Source of the DNA: Eukaryota sp. GEM-RC1
Lineage: Eukaryota
DNA: 64,000 nucleotides
Reading direction: 5' to 3'
Assembly: GCA_040285855.1 (NCBI GenBank)
Contig: JAUFOQ010000017.1
Span: 1,240,001-1,304,000, forward strand
The notes below the pieces were generated by a model. It did no database searches. It saw only the letters and a program-made list of their open reading frames with translations, and had not been told where the DNA came from. This document shows, in pieces, positions 46,411 through 60,419 of this stretch. The position numbers were made by a program, and so were the translations under genes. How positions within the stretch are numbered: position 1 is the stretch's first letter; every line of letters starts with the position of its first letter.

Positions 46411-48897
46411 ATGCCCGAATCTGATGATTCAGAGAGTCGCGTTAGAGTCTTTATTCGACCTAGACCTCCAACGGTTGAAGAAGCCAAACTTGGCTCATGC
46501 ATCTCTCTTAATGGCAACTCCATTATTGTTCAAAAAGATCAAACTACTTCGAATCAGTTCCACTTTGACGCTGTATTCCCTCTTTCTGCATCTCAACAAG
46601 ACTTATATGACAAAGTAGGACGACCTGTAGTTTCTGATGTTCTCAATGGCATTAATGGTGCCATTCTAGTATATGGACAGGTATTTTTATCACTCTCCAC
46701 CTAACCAAAGACTGGTACTGGTAAAACCTATACCCTTGGAATTCTTGACAATCTCCGTACCACTAACTTAGAAGATGCTGGTATCATTCCCAAAGCTCTC
46801 TCAGAGTTATACTCAACCATTGAATCTAAGCGTAAAACCAAAGAAATCTCTAAATATTCCATCAAGCTATCTTTTCTCCAGCTCTATCTTGAAACAGTCC
46901 AAGATCTCCACCATCCTACAGACAACCTCAGCATCAGAGAGCACCCAGAACGTGGAATCTACGTGGCAAATCTTTCTGATCAAGAATGTCCCTCCTTATC
47001 TTCCGCAATAGACTTCATCAACAAGGGTCTTTCCAATCGAATCGTGGCTCCCACACTCCTCAATGTCACGTCAAGTCGAGCTCATACCGTCCTGACAGTC
47101 AACGTGAAGACTTTGGGAGTTTCTGAAGATAAGATTCCTGTTAAAAGATCTGCTAAGTTAGTGTTTACTGACTTGGCAGGAAGTGAGAGGGTTAAGAAGA
47201 GTTTGAGTAGAAGAGGGTTAGAGGAGAACTATCAAAAAAGATTGGCAGAGTCACGTGCGATTAACACATCACTTGCCGCTTTGGGCAATGTGATCTCTAT
47301 TTTGAGCTGTACTAATCAATCAACAATCAGTCACATACCTTATCGTGATTCTAAACTTACTAGAATTCTACAACCGGTTTTCAGTGGTCATTGTCGAGTT
47401 TCTGTTGTTTGCACTGTCTGTGAGTCTAAAGCTGCAGGTTCTGAATCTCTTTCAACTCTGCTATTTGCTGAAAGATGCGCAGGAGTCCGTATAGTACCTG
47501 TTCTGAACGAGTCTGTGTCTTCTAATGATCCCGTCTACGTCATCAAACAACTGACAGAGGAAGTGAGGAGATTGAAGAAGGAATTGGCGGAGGTGAAGAG
47601 TAGAAAGGAGGGTCAATCTAGTGGAGTTGAGTATGTGAAGAGTGAAAGTGGTGACGTTGTTGATTGCAATCAGGATTTGATGGGGGTTGTTGGTGAGGTG
47701 TATTCAGCGTTGGTTTCACAGGTTTCTGACTTGAGTGTGCGTTCAAACATTAGACGTCAGCTTCAGGAACGATCTCTGTATCAGGAAGTCGAAGCAGAAG
47801 TCAGACGAAGTCAAGAGAATTCTGAGCTATTTAGACGTGATGAGATGAAGTATGCAGTGCCATCAAAACAGATTGAGTCTACGTCAGTGATACAACAGAA
47901 TTATCCTATTCCAGAACCAAATGTTTCTCAATCACCGACTGTCAATCAGTTGACTACGGAAGACTTGATTAATGGACGAGCACAAGTTTCCCGAGAAAAT
48001 TTAAATATTGTGTCTAATACTCTAACGAATCTAGTTTCCACTCTAGCAGTGCATACGACAGCTGCTGAGGATTCTTGTCTGGAATTTAGGGATGAAATTG
48101 TTCATTTATTAAAATTCAAACAAAATTTAGAAGCGGAACAAGAAAACTGGCGTCAAGTTTTAAAAAGTTTGTTATTAAAAAATGGCGAACAACGATCTCA
48201 GATTCAACGTCAATGTTTAATTATTGAAAAGGCATTCACTGAGAATAACTACTTACGTGAATCTCTGTCTCAGTCAGAATCAATAATCGTTCAATCACGT
48301 CGCCAATCAAAAATGCCGAATTTCTCTGTTATCAATGCCGAGTTGCTGCCATCAGTAACACGTGGTATAAGAAAAGCTCAGACTTTATGGAGAATCAAAA
48401 GGTATTGTAGGAAGATGAAAAAGGAAAGTTCTGTTTCCAAAGCACGTTCACGAGCTCAATCAAATGCCTCATTACAAAATTCAAATATTTCAAAAATTAC
48501 AAATGTTTCAACTGTTTTCGCAAAGCCATCCCCGCTTTCTTCAGAAGGTCCTCTCCACAAAGCCACTCAAGAAATCCTGAACGCCTTCCAGTACACTCTA
48601 GATTATCTACTGCCCAATCAACGTGATTGTAAGGGATCAGATGCTGATGACGTGACGTCACAGACACCTTCCCTAGTCAGTTCAAGGTCTTCTCGTCTGC
48701 GGAGTTTTTCCTCATGGACAGACACGTGCACTGTGCCGTCTAGGTCATCGACACCTTCCCACTCAATGACGTTTCCATCTCAATCAAGTAGGTTTTTGAC
48801 CCCAGCTCTAAATGTTCCTCCGAAAAGAGCGGCTGAATTACTCAGAGCTGATTCTGATTCCAGTGAGAGTGATGGGTTTGAGCAGATTGCATTGTAA
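46411..48897 (+). CDS. Kinesin-like motor protein, one intron (46681-46710)
   Basis: VRVFIRPRP, YGQ|TGTGKT after splicing a 30-nt GT..CTAAC..AG intron, SSRAH, DLAGSE, HIPYRDSKLTRIL. Confidence 0.92.
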
Positions 48898-49778
48898 ATA
48901 TTTAAAGATTTTTTTGATTTTGTATCGTTGATGTGGTGTGTTTTGTTCCATTATTTTGCTTTTGGTTGTTTTAAATAACAATGAATTGTGAAATTCTTAA
49001 ACTTGTCGGAATTGTATGTGGCATTTTGTATGACATGTCTTCTGACATTATTATTAATTGCAATCACTGGACTAAGCGTACATCTGTTGATACATACCCG
49101 AATTGAATTGTTCACTCAAGCGTTTTACATTTGCTTTTTTAATAAACAGGGTCTATTTAATTTTGAAAGTATTTCGGTAACAAATTGTTTTTAACGTATC
49201 TATTTATTATTTAATGATTGATTTTGAGCTGAATTTTGATAGCTTACGAAAATAATAATCATGCTAAAAATACAGAATTGGGCACTATTTGATGTCCAGT
49301 GTAATGCAAAAACAGTCAAAAAACCCATCTTTCTTCGGATTATGCCTGATTAGAATATCTCCAGTATACAAAGGCCAAGGCCAAGACTATTGAAACACAC
49401 GCAATATCAGTTCTGTAAAAGTGAAATCTACTGAAATCTACACTTGATTATGGGAGTTGAAGACGATTCAAAATAGGCTGCTGGTGTTTATTTGAAGGGT
49501 TTATGACAATGCTGGCCAATATGCTGGAAACTACCTCTGGAAACCAATTTACAAATATTTGGAGCACGGTTCACGGTGTGCCATTTCCTTGGTTAAATTT
49601 TCACACACAATACTATTGCACTAAATAAACTTTGGATGCTGTATTAATCTAAAATACAGATTTTCTCTGTTGTCAAATGCACACTCTTTCCAAAAATGAA
49701 ATGCGCCAAATGCATGTTGGCTGAATGCGCGCATTTTACGTACGCATTTTGAAAGAAAATCATTTTCTTTAACTTTCA

Positions 49779-50883
49779 ATGTCACAAGCTTACAAAGGAA
49801 GTCATGGCAAAATTGGTGTTTTTGGAGGCTCTTATGAATACTGTGGTGCTTCCTTCTTTGCTGCCATGTCTGCCTTAAAGTATGGTGCTGATTTGTCATC
49901 CATAATATGTTCTCCAGACGCTGCAATCCCAATCAAGTCATATTCTCCCGATCTCATCGTTTTCCCTTCCTTATATGACATACCTGCGTGTATGGAACTT
50001 ATTCCCAGATTTGATAGCATTGTGATCGGTCCTGGAGCTGGCAGAAGCGAATCAGCCGTTGCATCAATGAAACAGATCATTCCCAAGGCAATTGAGTCTG
50101 CTAAAGTAGTTGTACTTGATGGAGATGCTCTCTGGTTGTTATCCCAAGACAAGTCTATTCTACCTTCTGATTTTGGATCTTGTACAGTAGTTTTAACCCC
50201 AAACTTTATGGAATTAACCCGTCTTTGTCATACGTATCTTGATCGTACCCCACGAGATGTATCACGTAATTTTTCAGGTAAGCTGGGAAAAGACTAGGTA
50301 CATTTGTTGTTCAAAAGGGACCAGTAGATTTCATTGGAACACCCTCTGGAGTTTCCTTTTTGGTAAACCTTCCACAAGATATGAACAACCAAAAAGACCT
50401 GGAGGACTAGGTGATATACTTGCGGGTTGTATTGCTGTCTATACGCTGCACGGTTTGCGATCTAATGATCGTGTTGAGTTGGCTTTAGACGGAGCTTGTC
50501 AGGTTAACAGATGTGTTGCTTACAAAACTTTTAAAATGTGGAGTTTATGTTATTCAATGACTGCTTCGGATGTGCTTAAGAACATTAAACAAAAGAGTCG
50601 ACTCAAGCTACCGCTGTCAGTTCTGAGAAAGCATCAGTATTACTTGTTTTTTTGGATTAGTTTGGCTTTCGCGTACTTGTTGGTATTTATTGCATACAAA
50701 CATGGTGATCGGTTTGCGGGCGGAATGATTCTTTGTTTTCTGGCCGTGTTGTTACTTTTCTCTATCTCTGCTCTTATCGATGATAGGGGACCTTTCAGGG
50801 ATGAACTTCAACAAACAAATTACGACGGTGTTACAACCATTCAATCAGGACAGTCTAAGGACAAGGTCTCACACTCTGATTAA
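49779..50883 (+). CDS. NAXD: ATP-dependent (S)-NAD(P)H-hydrate dehydratase (YjeF-C/CARKD)
   Basis: KGSHGKIGVFGGSYEYCGA, IKSYSPDLIV, VIGPGAG, VLDGDAL, LTPNFME, RPGGLGDILAG; frameshifts around 50290-50365. Confidence 0.92.
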
Positions 50884-51760
50884 TTTTAGGAACTTTATTT
50901 TGTTTTAGTTTTGCTCTTGATATCTTCACGTAGTTTCTGAGCAATTAAAGCAATTGGTGTGGCCCAAGAATTACATTTAGTGTGTATTTTACAATATTTG
51001 TACCGGAGTAGAATTAGTATGGCCCACACTAATTCTTATTATCTGTCTCTTTCAAAGTGTTAATTTTCGACTCAATTATTGTGGATCACATTTCTTTAAA
51101 AAATAAAACAGTGAATTAGACATAGCTTGAATGGTATTAATTTATTGTCGATCCAGCAACCAGCCAAGATTTGAGAGGCAAGAACAACTTTACAGAACGG
51201 AAAGAAGACGTTTGTTGATTTATGGATCGATCTTACATTGCAATATACTCTAACACAACGATGAGTCGGGAATATTGACTTACTATATCATTTTGGTGGA
51301 AGATTTTCACCCACACTTCAACTAATTCTTCTTAGGGAAAGCAAATGCAACTTTGATCCGACAACTCGGGACTATTAATACCCAAAGTGTTTATTAATGT
51401 AATATTCTGGAACTAAGAAAACTACAATGTGATATCATTAAAACAACACTCTTCATTACAGTATCAAATCTTACAACAGCTGATATAATTGTATTCCACA
51501 AGAATTCTAATTTCTACAATCTCATCATAGTGATGAAAATTACTCTAGCTGCTGTAGACTCCAAAGCTTTACTAGCTGTGAGTTACTATTATGAGGATAG
51601 CCCGTAACTGAAGGCTGTTACTTCAATGATATCAAATTATAGGTTTTTTTGTATATTACAGATCATTCAAAAAAAGTAGACTTTGCTTGTGCAGTAATTA
51701 ACTTTGGCAACCCAATTCATCTCTCTCAGATAGTCCATTCTCAAAACTCTTTTCCTGTCT

Positions 51761-53149
51761 ATGGAATCGATCCAAGTAGTTTGTCGGATACGTCCTCTTT
51801 CTGCTTTTGAGTTATCCAACAATGCTTCCTCAATTGTCGATACTCCTTCATCAAACCTCATTCGAGTTCATGTAAACGAAGAACAATCCTTTGACTATTC
51901 CTTCCACACAGTTCTTCCTGAATCAACTTCTCAAGCTTCCGTATTTTCTTCCTGTAACATTCCTCAATTACTCGACTTAGCTCTTCAAGGATATCCATGT
52001 TCCATTCTATGCTATGGTCAAACTTCCGCTGGTAAGACATACACTCTCTTTTCTCCTAACAATCCTTCTCCAGCTGATCTTGGCATCATCTACCGCTCTT
52101 TAGACTACCTCAACACCATCCAATCTTCCTCCATCCGAGTTTCTGCTTCCTTTCTCGAAGTCTACAACGACAATGTCTTTGACCTTTTAAATGACTCAGC
52201 ACAGGTCTCCTTAAAGTTCAACTCAAAACGCAGTGAGTTCTATCCTTCAGGAGCTTTTGTTGTTGACTGTATGTCGTTAGATGATTGCTTCGCGGTGATT
52301 CAGGAAGGTCTTGGGAAAAGAGCAACAGGGTCTCACGAAGTCAACGTTGACTCGTCAAGAAGTCACGCTCTGTTGACGTTAAACTTTCCTGATTCAGGAG
52401 GGAAACTTACCTTTGTTGATTTAGCTGGGTCAGAAAAGGTCAAAAGACTAATTCTTCAGGCGTGACGTTGCAGGAATCCAAGTTTATCAACAAGTCTCTT
52501 CATCATCTTGGAAACGTCATAGCTTCCAGATCGAAGCAATCAAAAGGAAGTAAGGCTCATATATCATATCGTGATTGCAAACTCACGTCGCTTTTGATGG
52601 ATTCTCTAAACGGAAACTCTTTCAGTCTATTGATTGGAACAGTCACGCCAGCAAGTTTGTTTTACGACGAAACCATTTCTACTCTTTCCTATTGCTCTTT
52701 GGCTAAGAAAATCAAGACAAATCCTGTCCGAACTACTGATGACAAGGGTAAGGAGGTGGAGTTGTTGAGAAGGGAAGTACGTGAATTAAGAAGAAGATTG
52801 GGGGGAGTTGGAAAGGGAAAATGGTCACGTTAGTGATTCTGAGGGTTCGGTTTTGATCCCTTTTAGGAGGGATTCTGATTTTGAGACGCAATCAGTCATG
52901 TCGAGTGATTCACAGTCGAATCATGCTTTGATTGCTCTGAGTGAGGTTAAAACAACTCTTGCCAGAAATGGAAGAAGGAAACCAGTAGGGATCAGTTCGG
53001 TCAAAAACCGGAATGACGTGGAAGGATTACGGAAGGCCAATAATCAATTAAGACATGAGCTGCAGGCAATGCGACGTCAAGAAGCGTTGTATGTTGAGCA
53101 AATTGAGAAGTTGTTGGAACGAGATTTGTCAGATTGTTTGTCACTGTAA
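51761..53149 (+). CDS. Kinesin, KIF12-like
   Basis: VVCRIRP, YGQTSAGKT, SSRSHAL, GGKLTFVDLAGSEKV, HISYRDCKLT; homopolymer frameshifts near 52445 and 52810. Confidence 0.88.
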
Positions 53150-55959
53150 TTTTGTTTGATCATTGATCGTTCTTTTTTTTGATACGAGCTATTGTTTAAT
53201 TTGTAAGAATTGAAACAATATTTGATTAAGTACCATATTGTATTTATTTAATTCTCTAATTTAAGTCTATTATGTCATTTGACTGGCCATGTGATTGACA
53301 AATGAAAGGTGGTTTCTTTGGATATTTGTTTCGACTTTTAGTGGATTCTGCATCTATGGGAGAGCATTTACTAAGACAAGTTATTGCTGCTTGTTCAATT
53401 TATTATATTGTGCTATTTTGTTTCCATATTTTTGCTGTACATTGTGCTTATATTAACTATAGTACTACACGTAAATCATCGATTTCCAAATTTTGAATTT
53501 TATAAACCTTGTTCCATTTTTCTAAAAGTACACATATTTTGTCGTTGAATTCCCGTTTTTCCTATACCAAAGTTAAATCCGGAACATTTTCCTCGGATGT
53601 CCGAATTTCATACCCTTACTAATTAGAGCAGGGTATTCTTCTTGTTGATGCACCGTGGAAACGCAGTTACGTTTTCGAAAAAATGACTGAATAGAACAAT
53701 ATCAAAAGTCCGTATTTATTGTTATTGTCAATATTGACGTTCAACAAAACACCTCAACATCCTTGCGTTCTTTCAGCAAAAGGACAAAAATGAGACACTG
53801 ACTTAGAAACCGTCAAATAACACAACCCAACATATAAACATATTAAACGATATATGAACAGTACACGACAGTGACATATCAGCATAGCTAACAAAGACAA
53901 GCAACACCAGTTCTAAAAATACAAGTGATCAAAAATCATTTACTACACAGTAAAAGTCCAACACACAAAGTTGAATTTAAGTCAATAAGCAAACAGAGCA
54001 AATTTGGTATTATTGATAATGTTGTTACCAGTCCTCTTCCTCGTCTTGGAACTCTACATTTCCATCTTGTACATTGTACATTAATCACAACACTTACTTT
54101 CACTAGAACTCATTTATATTTGACGATACTAGCCTCCAAACGGTTCACAATGAAGTAAAACATAAAACAGTACAAGTGAAACGAATTTTCAACTGAGACT
54201 ATAGATTGTGACTAGTGCAGCAACCGAAGATTGGCGGTCTAATTTGTTTGTTCCGGTCGGAGAACAAACAGATGAGGTGCATATTTTAGGTGAATGCTGT
54301 TCCATAACGACATTGTAGTTTATTGATAATCTCAACGCTAATCACAACAACTGAAGCACAAGTTTAAACTACTCCTCACCGACGCATATACTGATGTCAG
54401 CTTGAATCGAAGTACCAACAAAGACAGTATGAGCAAAATCAAAATGGAAAAAAGTCGAAAGGCAAAATCTCTATTCAGATTAATAGACGACATTCTTTTA
54501 AATATACGAAACACTTGAAAACCAAAGTCTGGACAAAGTAGCCACAACTGTTTGATTTACTATTACAAAGAACTTTCTTATGTTTGGCGATCATCTTTAG
54601 AGTGACAAAGAACTATAGCCAACCACATTCAGTCAAAAAAATAGAATGATACAGAAATTCATCAATTTGTATTTTGTGCATATCAGTGCATGTAGTTTTC
54701 AAAATACGTAAGAATGTTTTGTTATATAATGACAATTATGTTTAATCTGTATTCGATACCTCAATACTAAATGTCCCACAAAAATGACAATTTGTGAAAA
54801 CAAATAAAAAATACTACATGCAACACTATAAGATATTGACAAACATTTTTGAAAACATGTTGTTCATCCATTTATTCTACCACATCTACTGACAGTTTTA
54901 GATTTCTCGATCAACATCATCATTGTTCATTTGGAGAAACGTCAATGAAAGAAATCTAAACACAACAATTGAAAATGAATACGGTAATTGTTACTTGCAA
55001 TACCAAAACTATTAACGATAATAAAATTAATTAATCCTCTTTGTCGTTGGAAAACGGAACACATGACAGTAAAGTGGTTTAAACATTTTAGCAGTGCGTA
55101 ACGTATTTAATGTGGAAAAGGCAGGGCAAACCAAATTCTTTGTCAATTTTCTGCACTCTACAGGTTGGTTTCATCACAGCAGACTTCATCAACAGTGACT
55201 TTCTTTGGGGGATTCGTATTTGATAAAATAAAGCCAAGATTTCTGTCCCAACGTACTGTGTGAAACATAATTACTTGTGCCCATAAAGTAAATCAAAAGT
55301 AAAAGTTGATTTCTGATGAACAATTAACAAATGAGAAAAGGACAATTGTTTTCCACAGCTACATTGAAGAACATTTGGCAAATTGTACGGCTATAAATAC
55401 GAAGTCCAATTGTGGTAATCTAAATACAACGATTATTATTTTATTTAGAGCAAACACACGATGTGACAAAAACCTAATCCGTGTGACACATGGCCACAGG
55501 TGTGGAAGTACATGTACCTTATTTTTATTATATTCTCTTCAATTGATAATTTGTTCAAGATGTGGATGTGAAGACGATAATGTATTATGTTGGCATCAGT
55601 TGGTATCCAGGTCCATCATGCTTCGTTGCAATGGAGACGATCTAGTGACTCTTATGGAATCCAACACATCCCATCCTACTGATCTTGCTTTCCTCCCGCT
55701 ATTCGTGTTTCCAAAGACTACCGTATTTCCACTAGAGATCGTCTGCGCGTGTAGCTAGAATTCTCCATCTTCCTGAGCGGTATGAAATGGGAAATCGTAT
55801 CAAATTGTATTGGCTGCTTAGACGAGTCTATTCTTGTATCTTTATTAGACTATTTCGAAAACTAATTCGTTCCCCACAGCCTTCTGTTTTGTGGGACAGT
55901 CATTTTACGGCACATTTTACCTTTAAATCTCAATCTGTGACCGATTTCTTACAACGAAT

Positions 55960-56092
55960 TTATGACACTGCACCGCTGCAATATTCACCTACAGTTCGAG
56001 GTGTATTTTTACGAAAAATTTTGAGAAGAGTTGGGAATTGAACTTCATGTTTACTTGGTTGACGAATTCCGAACCATCAAGAAATGTGGACC
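55960..56092 (+). pseudogene. Decayed Fanzor fragment (RuvC-II region)
   Basis: 'YSPTVRGVFLRKILRRVG' followed, after a frame break, by 'HVYLVDEFRTIKKC'. Confidence 0.65.
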
Positions 56093-58287
56093 ACTTGAAG
56101 TCATGTTTCAATCATTGCCCTGAAATTGCTGTTGATTTAGCTGTTTTTTTCAATCTTGTATTGTTGAATCCAGCAACCTAACGGTCACGTTTTTGGAGCT
56201 TATTTTCCGTGGATGGCTCTTTCCCATCGGAATATTTGTAAATCGATTGCAAAAGTGTTTATCAAGTGACCATTGTAATCTAGCAATTGCCAAAATATTA
56301 GCCGAAATTGAAACTCTTGCTGGTAAAAAATTCTTCCCAAATCCCTTAGATTCGGCAAAAACGCTGGAATTGCAGCAACTTGTGTTGCCTCGTCAGTTCT
56401 CGGAACTAATGTTTCTAAACTTCGCACAACTGAGTTTGTCCAACTGAGATCCGCTAGAATTAAATCAATTATAGTTGATAATGACATTGGTCAGGTTGCA
56501 GAATCACATCGAGGGTACGTTCAATGGAACTGTCGAGGTCAATTTTCATATGAAGTTCAATTGCAACAATCTCTTTTATCTGCCTATGCTGTCTCTAATG
56601 CCCTGGTTGCTCTTGATGAAAATTTAAAATTTGGTAAAATCTGTGTTTGATACCATTTCATCTATAATTGTAGAACCGTCATTTCGTAATCACCTGGATA
56701 CAAAGGTTAGACCTTTTCTCAACGAAATCTTTGCAATTTTTAAATTCCATTTTTCCGTTCTTTTGTACGTGAGTATACTTCTTCTTAATTTAGCTCTCTG
56801 TAATGATGACTTTGGCCACATAACAGAACATGGAGTATGTCAACACATTTAATAGTTAAAATTATATTTCAAAAGGATCTGCAAATGTGTTGTACACAAG
56901 TAACAACCACCAAAGTCTTTTTGAACCACCAAATTTTGAAAAAATTGAGTATTGTAGGAATAATTCAGTGTTTAATAATAACTCCAAAAAAATGCGCCAT
57001 GTATTGAGGATGGGCACTTGAAGAATCAAATCAGATTGGTGACGTGCTAAAACAAGGTGCCGAGTGTTGAAAATTTCCTCCAACACTAAATAGAACCATT
57101 GAAAAATTGAAAGAATGAACTGAAAAACTAAAACTTCCTCAAAGTAAAGGATCTGAACCTCACGGTCAGGGGAAAACGTGATCATGATTTGAACGGATGA
57201 CTTAGAATCCAGTTTTTCTTGAAGTGATTAAGAAGTATGAGTGTTTGACTAGGACATTTGCTTCGGGGAGGGGAAGATGGAGGAAGCGTTATCTAACAGG
57301 CAGTTGCCGAACTGCTCGTCATCTTGAGGTTAGGGTTATTAGAAAAACGTAAAATGAGCGGTGTTAGAGGAATCAGTAGAGAGAACAACAATAACAGAAG
57401 ATGTTTGACCAAAGTATGTTTCAGGAATCTCAACTTCCGGTTGATTAAGAGCCATCACAAAAATGTATAAGGAAATGTATATCAGAGGATCAACGAAAAG
57501 AGATTAAAGAAGTTCTCTGATGTGATGCTTGTTCTTATCACTAGAGGAAGGATCATCATAGAGAAATACAGTTCTGAAGTGAGAGTTAAATCGACATACA
57601 CTGCATGTACATGTAAATGCGTCAGGTAACAACTGAAGTATAATCAATGATTCACTTACAAAAATTGTTCTTCATAAGGAATAACAGTAGACCTGTCACA
57701 ATTTGACATGACACTGACAAAGTAGACTTTCTATCCATTCGAGACGTTTCAGGTCCCCACTTTTGTGAATGGAGAAATAACTTGAGAATCATTGTAAAGG
57801 AATCGGTCAAGCTCTCGCAGGCTTCTTGTTGACTATTGTAAACAAGCGCTGTTTTTGAGTCATTATCACAATAGCAAATGTACCTCAACACACACTTCTT
57901 TGTTTCTGTTGTGCCCCTGATCGAACTAACTCTTCTCGTACCATATCATTCTTCCTTACTCTTACTTCCAAGATAAGTTCATGGTGGATTTACTAAGGAA
58001 CTGATCTCTCTCTTTAAAAGCTTTCTTGAAATGTTATTCTATGGTTGTTTCGAGAAGCGCTGTTTGTCCTCCGATGAAATGGTTTGTCTTTTGAAGCAAA
58101 AGTCTCGTAGATCCTACACCTTCTCCTTTCACTTGATCCGTGATCTCAAGGATCAGTTACAGGTCCTCTCTTTTGTCTTTTGTGTTGGATACTTGGTCAT
58201 CATACTAGATGGAAGTGATCCGGACTCTAATAAAGTACTTTATTGAGATACATACATTATCAAAATATATGTAGAGTTGGTAACATC

Positions 58288-58905
58288 CTAAGTTACCGAG
58301 TACGCACTCGGTGTGAAGTAAGCACACTTTGTGTTAACTTTCTTTTGCCCTTTTGAATGCAATACCTGAGCGTTGTGATTGAATACGGTATTCATTTTGA
58401 TGCTGCGTTGATGCAACCTGCTATAGACTATACTAAAATGAAAATGCAAACTTGTGGTGTGCTTGTGTCTCATAGCTGAACAAAATGGAACTGACATTTT
58501 TCAAACTTCTAACCATTACTGTTAGTACGATAAATGTTGTACAGAATCCAGTTATTTGGTAGCGACATTTGCAAAGAAGAGGTGTTTCGGTTTTAGTTTC
58601 AAAGAATGACGAATATTGTCATTGAAGTCACTGAAATTGAGGTCAGACGAAGAGTCTGTCCATTCATTTTCACTCATTGAGTCTATTTCAACACTAAATC
58701 GAGACAAAATGATTCTTAAGCAAACAGTGTATTTGGTGTAGAATCAGGTTCTTGCAATTTCAACCCCCTTAATTTCAAGGTCCGGACAGGGTTGAAATTA
58801 TAGGAATTTGACTGTACCAATGTACACACCATAAAACTACAATTACTAAAATACTATTTCACTTTATACATCGCACCCAGATTGCACTCGTACTCAGTAA
58901 CTTAG
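58288..58905. mobile_element. TIR element (MITE), 618 bp
   Basis: TIR CTAAGTTAC(C/T)GAGTACG; perfect 8-bp TSD GTAACATC (58280-58287, 58906-58913). Confidence 0.88.
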
Positions 58906-59855
58906 GTAACATCTAATTTCAAGAGTGGGTCATCCACTTATTTTTACTTATTTTTCATATTATCAACATACAATAACAAAATGTGATTACACACCATCAC
59001 GTGTTATAAGTCATAACAAAGGGCATTTGTGAAAACCGTTTGTAAAATACCAACTGCTATTAAGCACTTTTATAGTGGAAAAACTCACCAAAAACTACAC
59101 ACAAAAACAAGACTACTTTTGGCAATTCGTTAGTGGGCGATCACTGAAGCCCGTACTCTGTTTTCCTCCTGTTTTCTGCGCAAACGGTCTACTTGTGATC
59201 AATTGTCTATTCAACATCAATCTCTTCAAATAGTCCCAACTGCTGCGTCAGATTCGTCTTCGGGTTCTGTCTTCTTCTTCAGTGTTTCGTGATCATTATT
59301 TGAGGAATATCCGTCACTACTGATTCCAAATGAATACGTTCATTATTGGGTAATATTGTTTGTGTTGTTTGGTGGTCCACAGTTTGCTTTAGGGCAAAAA
59401 AGTGCTTTATTCTGTAAACTAACACTAAAGAAAATATAATACATACGTGTAGTTTCCTTTAGTTGTGGTAGATGATTCTGAGTTGTTAACTGGACACTAC
59501 AAATCGATAACAGACAAGCAATCATACACGAATACCATTTAATGGTCGAAAACGGTTTTTTATTAGTAGTCAAAATATTAACAAATGAGATATCAATACC
59601 TCTACAAACCATCTATTGGTTGTAATTAATTTTGTAAAATTTTAGTTTATTAAGACTCAATGTTATCACAAGATATTTCATATTGTTATTAGTTGTGTTC
59701 TTGTTTTGTGTTTTTCTCCGCACATTAATCCTGTTTTTTTTGTTTGTAATCACATCTTATCACGTTGTTATTGTTATCAAGAAGTATGGTGTCGTTCCTT
59801 TAAACAAAGAGAAGACAACAAGAAAAATTGTGATCGGTTCCTACAGTAATATCAC

Positions 59856-60254
59856 TAGGGGTGTACAACAACTAGACTCAAGTTTAGACTCAAGCTGAGT
59901 TAAGACTCAGCCACAGGCTCATACTCACAACCCCAAAGTCCGACCCTGGTGTTTCATATAAAGATATTTGAACAATGGTAAATCATAGTATATCATAAGG
60001 TGTAAAATTGTAGACTTGAAGATTACGATATTTTAGAGTTTCACTTTTCTTTCATCAACAACTTAACTGTCCTTCATAACTCAATGTCCTTCATAACTCA
60101 ATGTCCTTCATAACTCAATGTAATCCTCTAGAAGTCGTCAAAAATCTCAACACTTCAGTGATGACGATTTTACTAAAAATGACTGTTTACAATAAAGAAT
60201 GTTTATGATGTGAGACTCAAGCTCAGATTCAGACTCGAGTCTTGAACACCTGTA
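59856..60254. mobile_element. Degenerate TIR element, about 400 bp, with internal 17-bp x3 tandem repeat
   Basis: Ends TAGGGGTGTACAA / TTGAACACCTGTA; TSD AATATCAC/AATACCAG; GACTCAAG subterminal repeats; TGTCCTTCATAACTCAA x3 at 60068-60118. Confidence 0.6.
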
Positions 60255-60419
60255 AATACCAGATGTACGTTCCATGTAAGGACAATAGTGCCAAAAGACA
60301 AAAGCTACTGGAAGATAACGAAAGCTGCTGAACAAACCTGATTTGGTACCAAACATTCAACCAATTCAATAATACACACTCCCATAGTATTGTCAGCCAT
60401 TCCCTATCTTGTAAAGAGT

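Noticed and set aside
55306..55758. 150-aa ORF
   Set aside because: Non-ATG start, no recognisable motif on either strand, within a decayed region.
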